From Podarcis pityusensis (Eukaryota), in NCBI GenBank assembly GCA_964106645.2, contig OZ067042.1: a stretch of 64,000 nucleotides of DNA. One strand, given 5' to 3'. The translations under genes were made by a program, and so were the position numbers. Shown in pieces: positions 1 through 38,231 of this stretch (position 1 is the first letter of the stretch; the number at the start of each line of letters is the position of its first letter). Under the pieces are notes generated by a model. That model made no database searches. It worked only from the letters and a program-made list of their open reading frames with translations, and had not been told where the DNA came from.

Positions 1-539
1 GGCATTGCAGCAGCAATTAAGGGGGTATCTGTAGGAGTTGTGGCATCCGCAGGGAGCAGTATGACTTTAGCCACTGGCGTGCCAGATGAAAAACCTAAGA
101 GGGGGGCTGCTTGTTTAATTGCAGTCCCCAGTGGCGTCGGCGGAGGCTGATAATCTGGTGGTCGTGGCGGAGTAAAAGGTGGTGGTAGAAGCGGTGCAGC
201 CGGATATATGAAAGGCATATTCACGACTGTTTTTTGTTGTGGTTGCAACGAAGCCAAGAGGATGTTTTTGGGCGTAAGAGTTGCCATGCAGCCACGGACT
301 TTAGCCCAGGCACTAAGGACGTGAACATTTATGCGGCTATGGCCATGAAAGTGGTCGCCAATTCTGTCCCAGTCCGGAATTTCCCATGTCCCATCCTCAG
401 GAAACCATGGACAATGTTCATCTATGGCCAGAATCAATGCAATTAGATCACCTTCAGGTACTTGCTGTTTATTTTCCCGAAGGAGGTGCTGCATGTCTTT
501 TAAAAATTGTTTCTGAGGGTTGGAGAGCGTAGAACCCAT
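1..539 (-). CDS. gag: Endogenous retrovirus Gag, N-terminal 179 aa (matrix plus proline-rich late-domain region), class II/betaretrovirus-like; ORF open to the window edge
   Basis: Manual translation from ATG at 539-537 with no stop to position 1: MGSTLSNPQKQFLKDMQHLLRENKQQVPEGDLIALILAIDEHCPWFPEDGTWEIPDWDRIGDHFHGHSRINVHVLSAWAKVRGCMATL...YPAAPLLPPPFTPPRPPDYQPPP.... MGxxxS myristoylation consensus; CPWFPxxGT...W..IG is the hallmark of betaretroviral (HERV-K/MMTV/MPMV-type) matrix; PPDY late motif. Lies downstream of a PBS and LTR. Confidence 0.92.
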   Translation of the reverse strand, partial: MGSTLSNPQKQFLKDMQHLLRENKQQVPEGDLIALILAIDEHCPWFPEDGTWEIPDWDRIGDHFHGHSRINVHVLSAWAKVRGCMATLTPKNILLASLQPQQKTVVNMPFIYPAAPLLPPPFTPPRPPDYQPPPTPLGTAIKQAAPLLGFSSGTPVAKVILLPADATTPTDTPLIAAAM

Positions 540-557
540 GATAAAAATAGAAAAATA

Positions 558-570
558 GCTACTCACCGGG
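558..570 (-). promoter_or_regulatory. ERV major 5' splice donor (CCG|GTGAGT) in the leader just upstream of gag
   Basis: Minus strand CCCG|GTGAGTAGC with GT at 566-565, about 25 nt before the gag ATG; this is the usual position of the retroviral major donor. Confidence 0.7.
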
Positions 571-665
571 GATCCGAAGATGAGAAGGCGCCTTGAGCCA
601 CAGCCGGGCGGGTGAGTAGCAGGGAGGACCGTCTTTGACAGCACGCGTCCTGGAAGCCGTTCAGG

Positions 666-683
666 CAATCACACGAGGCACCA
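666..683 (-). promoter_or_regulatory. Retroviral primer-binding site, TGGTGCCTCGTGTGATTG (best match elongator tRNA-Met)
   Basis: Starts TGG 2 nt after the LTR-terminal CA. The first 15 nt are complementary to the recalled 3' end of vertebrate elongator tRNA-Met (..UCACACGGGGCACCA) with one G:U pair. Confidence 0.75.
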
Positions 684-685
684 TT

Positions 686-1037
686 TGTCGGGGAACCAGC
701 CCACCAGGTGCGGAGGAAAATGACGAGGAGTCATGGGTGAAGGTTTAAGCAAGGAGTGAGCTCTCTCTCCCAGCAGCCTTGCATGTTTATTAGCCTTGCG
801 CACATTACATCATGTTGCATATACACGTGTAGCACTCGGGTGGAAAACAGCTAGGGTATGCATTTCTTAGAATAACTATTCTCTACCAGGACATAACTCC
901 AGACAGCATGACAGCCGCGTAAGCTTTGTGGTTAGGCAGCTTGTCAGTGACCCAGGCGTGTGGGGGGAACAAGTCAGCAGATGCTTCCTCTTGCACAATC
1001 TTGCACAAGGGTGCTATTTTTCTATTGCATCCCCACA
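686..1037 (-). mobile_element. 5' LTR of the class II ERV (352 bp)
   Basis: Minus strand begins TGTGGGGA (1037) and ends TCCCCGACA (686), i.e. TG...CA with imperfect terminal inverted repeats. It is followed after 2 nt (AA) by a TGG-initiated PBS. Contains a TATA-like TATATG (823-818), AATAAA (791-786), E-box CACGTG (824-829) and tandem TCTTGCACAA x2 (989-1008). Confidence 0.85.
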
Positions 1038-1094
1038 ACCCTGTTATTCCATGACTCTTGGGAGCTGACTCTTGCTTCCACCGCTCTCTTTCAG

Positions 1095-4000
1095 TGCTGA
1101 AGTACCGGAAGACTGATGACGACAGCCTCATTGAGAAGATCTCCAAGCTCAACTTCCATTCCATCATCAAGAAATCGAATCGCGTCAGCAGCCACCTCAA
1201 GCACCTCACAGGTTTTGCACCGCAGGTAAATGCTGACTCTGGCTACATGTCTATGGGGATCCATCACAAGCTCCACGGTACCTATCAAGTCTCCTCCTCC
1301 TTCCTGTTACAGCTCAAAGATGAGGCTTTTGAAGAGACCGAGAAGAACTTCCGAATGCAGGAGCGGCTGATTAAATCTTTCATCCGGGACCTTTCTCTCT
1401 ACCTTCAGCATGTCCGGGTGAATAAACATATTTGTAGGGGATGGGACAGAACCTTGTAAAGAACTGGGGACTGAGGGGATGGAGTGACTAGCAAACTTGA
1501 GGGTCCTGCCTTGGCTAGCTTTGGGCAGAAGTTTCTGCGTCACAATCTTGGCTCTGGTTGTGGCCAGACTTGCAGGGGTTGCAAACTGCTTTAGCCCCGC
1601 TGACGTCTGTGTCTCTCTGCCCTCAGGAGTCCGCCTGTGTTAAAGTGACAGCAGCACTGAGTATGTGGGACCTGTGCATGGAGAAAGGCAGTGCTGAGTT
1701 GGAACAGTTCCAGAAGGTCCACCGTCTCATCAGCGACCAGCTCTTCTCTGATTTCGTGAGTGAGGTCTTTGCTTCCTTCCTGGGTCAGGTGTTTCCTCCT
1801 CCTTCTGGGCACAGAGTCAGTTGGCTGCAGAAACAGAAGGAAAAGAAGTTTGGAAGAGGCTAGAAAAATATTTCAGGATGAGGGAAAAGCATAGCAGGAG
1901 GTGGGGAGGAGGAAGCCTTTCAGGGTCATGAAGCCATTGGTTGTTGGAGGAGAGCTTGTGGCAAGGAGCTGGGATAGAAGAGATATTGCAAAATGGGCTT
2001 TCTCCTGAAAATACATATGGAGTGGTACTGGGCAGAGCAGGTGCCCTTCTGCCTTTGTTGACACTACAAACAAATGTGTATTGTCTTCCTCTCCTCTTCC
2101 TCCTCCCAATGAATTTTCTGCAGCAAGATAGAAACAAAATCCTTCCTTCCTTCAGTACAGCTTGTACTGAAACTATAACGAAATAATGATTTGCTACAGA
2201 AACGTGTGGGGGAAAAAGCATGCTATTTTGGTGTCCTTGTGCCCCTTGCAGAAGGAGCGCACAGAGCGGCTGGTGTTCTCCCCTCTGAATCAACTGCTGA
2301 ACATGTTTGCCGGGCCTCACAAACTCGTGCAGAAACGTTTCGACAAGCTCCTGGACTTCCACACATGCACGGAGCGGGCCGAAAGGCTGAAGGACAAGCG
2401 GACCTTGGAAGAACTGCAGTCGGCTCGCAACAATTACGAGGCCTTGAACACGCAGCTGCTGGATGAGTTGCCCAAATTCCAGTGCTGTGCCAAGGAGCTC
2501 TTCACCAGCTGCCTGCGCGGCTATGCAGAGGCCCACTGTGACTTTGTGCATCTGGCGTTGCAGGAGCTGCAGCCTCTGCTTTCCGTAAGTGTGCAAGTGA
2601 GGCCAGGACTGTGCAGGCTGCCCATCCTGATTGGAGACTAGCGAGGGTCAGAAGGAAAGAGCATATAGGGCTGCCTCATTTGCTCTATATTTTCGACGAA
2701 TGCACTTTCCAGTTGGCGTGGAGGAGGAAAAGGCACACACTAGGTCAGCACAGTGCTCTTTAAAAGTTGCCTTCTGTGCCGGGATTTCATATTGGCTGTT
2801 GCTTTCTCTCTCTGGTGCCTTCTGACCTTCTATCCTCAAATCCCCTCCGCTAGTCCGATGGTTGTGAGTGACCGTTGTGCCTTATACAATCTCTGAATTC
2901 CCGTGAGTTTATTCTTTGCCCCAGGCTGTAAATGCCACTGGGGGAAATGGCAACAGGAAGGCACTGTTGAGCAAAGGAAGCTGCCTTTTATACTGAGTCA
3001 GACCCATCGGTCCATCTAGCTCAGTATTATCTGCGTTGACTGGCAGTGGCCCTCAAGGGTTTTAGGCTGGAGCCCTTCTCAGCGCTACCTGGAGATGTTA
3101 GGGATTGAACCTGTGACCCTTTGCATCCGAAGCATGTACTCTGCCCCTGAACTATAGCCCCTCTGAAATGGAAGACTCCTTGGGATGACGATCTTGATAC
3201 AGGACATAACTGTTGATAATGGGCTCTATTAGTAAGGAAAAGAAGGCACCAGGTCCTGGGTTTCTAGAGCTGTCTCTGTGTCTTCCCTTCCTGGAGCAAG
3301 GCTTCATAGTGGCCTGTCTCTTGTGCCTAGCCGGGCTGCCCGTTTCCACTGTTCTGATGGCCCTGCCGCTCTCCTCTCTCCTAGCTGCTGCAGGTGGTTG
3401 GCAAAGAGGGCAATCTGGTTGCCATCTTCCAGGAAGAGCATAGCCGCGTCCTCCAGCAGCTGCAGGTCTTCACTTTCTTCCCCGAGAGCACCCCCGCTGC
3501 CAAAAAGCCCTTTGAGAGGAAAAGCCTGGAGCGCCAGTCAGCACGGAGGCAGCCGCTTCTGGGAATGGTGAGCAACTGTGGGGGCAACGATGGGCAGGGG
3601 ACTCCTCATTCAACATAGCACTGTCCAGTGGTGGGCGGCCTTGGCTTGAGGAACCAGGGCCAGGCATAGAGCACTGTGTGTCACTGCATCGCCTTCCCCA
3701 TCACTGTTTGGTGCTGTCGCTTCCCTTGCAGCCCAGCTACATGCTGCAGTCAGACGACCTCCGCGCCGCCTTGCTATCTCGGTACCCCCCAGACAAGCTC
3801 TTCCAGGCTGAGCGCAACGTCAACGCCGCTCAAGAGTTGGACATTTCATTGCTGGAGGGTGACCTGGTGGGAGTCCTTAAGAAGAAGGACCCCATGGGCA
3901 GTCAGAACCGCTGGCTTATTGACAATGGAGGTGAGTGGAGGCCTCTCTTGGGCTCCAGGCAAACCATGGGACACCTCCTGTCCGGAGGAGCTTGTTCTGT

Positions 4001-5653
4001 ATCTATTCTTTAATTTGTGCGGGTTCCACACTCCCACCCAATCTGGCGCTAAGTGCACTTATTTTAATTTCTAAAGGAACCACCTGTTCTTTCCAGATAT
4101 CAATCAAAGTCATTCTGGTAGAGCTTCAAATTCCTCTTTTATTGACAGCTGCTTATCACTCTCACTGGTGGCCTCAGGAGCTGTATTTACTGCTAAGCAG
4201 GCTGCTGAGTCCCTACAGGCCCCAGTTCTTTTCCTTTCACATGGCTTTAAAAATGCCACAAGTATTTTCCTTTTTATGTGCGCACAGCAGCAGTGCACAT
4301 TCTCCACCTCCCCAGTTCAGTGTTGGTCCAGTGTCCGCAATGATACAGAAATCTGGTGTTGGGAGACACCTTATGCAGCTGTTTCCCAGCACACTGGCCA
4401 TGCCCTGTCTGTGCTTCTGATTTCCGACCTTCCCTCCACAGTGACCAAGGGCTTTGTGTACAGCTCCTTCCTGAAGCCATACAACCCACGATGCAGCCAC
4501 TCCAATGTTTCTGTGGGCAGCCATTCCTCGAGTGAATCCGAGCACAGCGGCTCCTCCTCTCGTGGCAGCAGCACGCCAAGCAGCATAGTGAGCAACGCAT
4601 CTGCAAACAGCCCTCAGAAACCTCCGCAGGACTCGGGCTTCCAAGGGGATTTAATGAGCTCCCTGCAGGCCCTTTCAGAGGTGGATGCTGCTGAACAACC
4701 TAAGACTGGTCCTGTAGACTCTGCTCAGCCACCCCGGGCCATTCCGGCATCTCGCCGATACAGTAACCCCGACCCACACAATGGGCTTCCGGCCCGGCCC
4801 AAGGCCAGGGCGACACCTTCGCTGGAGAATGGCAACTTGAGGCCGAGGACCAGCGAGTCTAAGGGGAACCAGGTGAGTGGCGAAGAGGCATATTTCTGTC
4901 TCTGTTAATGGGCCATTTCTAATTCGACTGGCTAGCTGGCACAACCAAGGCTTCCTCTGAAAATGAGCATACAGTGGTACCTCAGGTTAAGAACGTAATT
5001 CGTTCTGGAGGTCTGTTCTTTACCTGAAACTGTTCTTAACCTGAAGCACCACTTTAGCTAATGGGGCCTTCCACTGCCGCCGTGTGATTTCTGTTCTCAT
5101 CCTGAAGCAAAGTTCTTAACCCAAGGTACTATTTCTGGGTTAGCGGAGTCTGTAACCTGAAGCGTATGTAAACTGAAGCGTATGTAAACTGAAGTACCAC
5201 TGTATTGGAAGCCCAGAGTGAGTTCTGTTTCATCTAATTCAGTACAGCTAATTCTTGGGACTTTATATATTCATATTGTATGGGCTAAGATATTTTTAGC
5301 CCGCTTTTCAATTTGACAACAAAATTCCCAAAGCAGGTGCTCTCAGTGTTAAAAAAAAGGGGGGGGCGGGAGGAACAGCCTGGGACTTGTTCTGTGGGGC
5401 TTTGAATGGTGCAGCATGTTTCTTCCTGCTTTTCCACTGACCTCCTCCCCGTTCTTTCTACTTTGAGGTCTACTATGCTGTTTACACTTTTACGGGACGG
5501 AACTCAAATGAACTGAGTGTCACCGCCAATCAGAGACTAAGGATTCTGCAGTTCGAAGACATCACGGGGAACCAGGAGTGGTGGTTGGCAGAGGCACATG
5601 GGAAGAGGGGCTACGTGCCGTCCAGCTACATTCGGAAGACTGAGTACACGTGA
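1095..5653 (+). CDS. DNMBP: Dynamin-binding protein (Tuba), last 8 coding exons: BAR domain and two C-terminal SH3 domains; 5' part outside the window
   Basis: Exons 1095-1225, 1313-1417, 1627-1755, 2252-2584, 3385-3567, 3732-3930, 4442-4872, 5468-5653 (TGA). All have AG/GT boundaries and consistent phases. Peptides [89 protein letters not shown] and VYYAVYTF...[28 protein letters not shown]. Synteny with ABCC2. Confidence 0.96.
2975..3162 (-). mobile_element. tRNA-derived squamate SINE (Squam3-like)
   Basis: Reverse complement has a tRNA-like head (GGGGCTATAGTTCAG... box B GGTTCAATCC) and body CTGAGCTAGATGGACCGATGGGTCTGACTCAGTATAAAAGGCAGC; related copy at 47617-47800. Confidence 0.7.
4972..5202. 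mobile_element. Tc1/mariner (Tigger-like) MITE
   Basis: TA|CAGTGGTACCTC ... GAAGTACCACTG|TA: terminal inverted repeats with TA duplications and internal AACCTGAAG repeats; second copy at 37270-37495 in the opposite orientation. Confidence 0.85.
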
Positions 5654-6596
5654 AGGATGTTTGTCTGGAGTTGCCAGAAACTGCTGCCTTAATCGCTGTT
5701 GGAACCATGCTGAAGAGGGAGGCCTTGTGCTCTCCATCCCCTTCCCCTATGGTTTCAATTGGATACATTTTGGGGGAGCCAAACCAGGTTTCCCGTGAAG
5801 TTGAATGAAGTGCTTCCACAGGGTTCTGCTGGTTTACCCTAATGAGACTGAACCTCTCTGTGCCTGGTCCTGAGGGGCAGTGCCCCTCGCCTCAAGCATT
5901 GCCGTGTGGAGTTTATTCCCCCTTGAAGTAGGTGTTTAGTCTCCTTTGACTAACAAGTTTCAGACTAGCGGCTGATTGTGCAACTGTGAGGCATCTGGCA
6001 AATGGTAACCCAGGGGACTGGGTGTGCCCTGTCAGATCAGTCTAAGGATCCATCTTACCTGCTTCCCAGTAACCATCCTCACGCTTCTAGGAGCCCACTA
6101 GCAGAGCCTGCAGGCAATGGCCCCCCATTTGTCCCCCAGCAATTGGTATGCAAAAGTCTGCGCTGTCTCTGAACTTAGATGTCCCATTAAGCTATCATGG
6201 CATGAAACAGTTGCAAGACTGAAGATCCACTACAGGCTGGCCTCTTGTTCAGTAGTGGATCTAATACAAAGACAGGTTGCAATTTTGTTTTCCTACAGAC
6301 TGCAATGTTGTATGCAAGGGTGCTGGAGATTAGCTACTGAAAACGAGAACGCTTCCTTTCTCTCAGTGTTACTTGGCATTGGCTGTTGCAAAGTGCATAA
6401 GGGCTCCTTCACGCAGCTTCAGGTGGGGTCTGGTGGCACACCTTGGATGCTGCTGCTGTGTGTGTGTGTGTGTACATATGGCTAGGACCATCTTGCCCCA
6501 AGTCAAGGGTTTTTTTTGGGGGGGGGGTATTCCTGCTCCAAGATAAAAGAGCAGAGAATAACAGCTGCATTGTGCCTCCTGAGCTGCTGTTTTGTA

Positions 6597-6602
6597 AATA
6601 AA
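6597..6602 (+). terminator. Probable DNMBP polyadenylation signal (AATAAA)
   Basis: Canonical AATAAA about 950 nt after the DNMBP stop, followed by a T-rich tract. Confidence 0.55.
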
Positions 6603-6998
6603 AACTTTTTCTGACGTATCTTGAATGATTCATGCACAGCCCCCCCTTTTGCGTTACCCCTTCTCCTTGTGACAGCAAGCAGCTTCCCTCAACTCGAGCA
6701 CACAAACACCAAGATTGTCAGGAACAATTAAATATTATGATGGTCCAGGGATGAATGGTAACAGTACTGGCAAAAATGGGAGATTGACCTATAAGAGTAA
6801 GAGCCACTTATGCCCAGCTTTCCTTTGTGCCAAGGAAAATCCTTCTGGAATATTGGGAAGGGTGGGAACACCCAATAGCAAGAAAAGCAAACTTGTATTT
6901 TCATACTTTGCTTCTCCAGTGCCTGCTGCATCTGGGGGAAAGTCTAGGGCCAGGAACATGCAAGAAACGTTTGTCCCGCTTCAGTGATTATTGTCCGT

Positions 6999-7004
6999 TT
7001 TATT
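6999..7004 (-). terminator. Probable ABCC2 polyadenylation signal (AATAAA on minus strand)
   Basis: TTTATT on plus, about 780 nt beyond the ABCC2 stop. Confidence 0.5.
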
Positions 7005-7779
7005 GTATTTTAAATACAGCGTAAGATGCCTAAGGAACTTTGGTCAGTAGACAGGGTATGAAAACTTTTTTTAAAAAACCCAGTGCACCCCACATTTGAA
7101 ACACCTTGTGACAGCAAATTTAAAAGAAGGGTACAGAGACTTCACTGTTTGGGACAAGATTCCCAAATAGTTATTAGTCAGCACCTTTCCAGCACTTCTC
7201 CGTGTACTAAGTGTTGTGAAGTTCTAATTTGTCACCTAAATCCTCTCTCCACCCCACCTCCAGATGAAGGTGTGAAACCCCATGCAAGGAGGAGGAAACA
7301 AAAGCTGCCGGTATCCCCAAAGAAACATGAATCTGGAAGGTGACGCGTTTTGGGGGCAGGGGGGCAATAAACGGAACCAGTTAAGACTAAACACCACCAG
7401 CTTGTTTTTGCCTACTTCATAGCACGGAGAATTGTATGGGAACTTCTGCGCTGTGTCTTGAAACAAAGGAGTGGTAGAGCTTCCGTTGATCTTTTCTATC
7501 TTGGAGGGTGATAGTAAAAGTGCACCCCTTCTGCAGAACCATGGTTGGCTTATAGGCAGTGCTTGAGTTCAGGGCCAAAGAAAATATCAGGTAGCTGTCT
7601 GTGAAGATACAAGCTGGTTGAGTGCAGCGTGCCCAGAAACTGTATGATGATACAATCTGTGCTTCAGGCATAATATCACTGCTGGTACAGACAGTGTTGG
7701 CACCCAGTCAAAGGTAAAAGTCCAGGAAAAACTACCACAGGGATGCGTGAAGCTGGCCTTGGTCTTGCTGCCCTTGCCT

Positions 7780-38097
<30,318 letters not shown>

Positions 38098-38218
38098 GGC
38101 AAGGCACTTCTTCCTCCTGCCTTTGTCCGACCTATGTATCAGCCCGAGAGGCTGAGCAGGACGAAAGTCTCACAGGTTCAACGGAGGGGCGTTGGGCACA
38201 GCCTCTCAACAACAGATC

Positions 38219-38231
38219 ATTAATCGTTAAC
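38219..38231 (-). promoter_or_regulatory. Candidate HNF1 site in the ABCC2 proximal promoter
   Basis: GTTAACGATTAAT on minus versus the HNF1 consensus GTTAATNATTAAY (one mismatch), about 120 nt upstream of the ATG; fits a liver/intestine/kidney apical transporter. Confidence 0.55.

Noticed and set aside
234-446. 70-aa plus-strand ORF at the window start
   Set aside because: Antisense to the true gag frame on the minus strand.
1817-2596. 259-aa minus-strand ORF
   Set aside because: Antisense shadow of DNMBP exon 2252-2584; no recognisable domain.
4168-4908. 246-aa ORF as a standalone gene
   Set aside because: It is DNMBP exon 4442-4872 plus read-through into the flanking introns.
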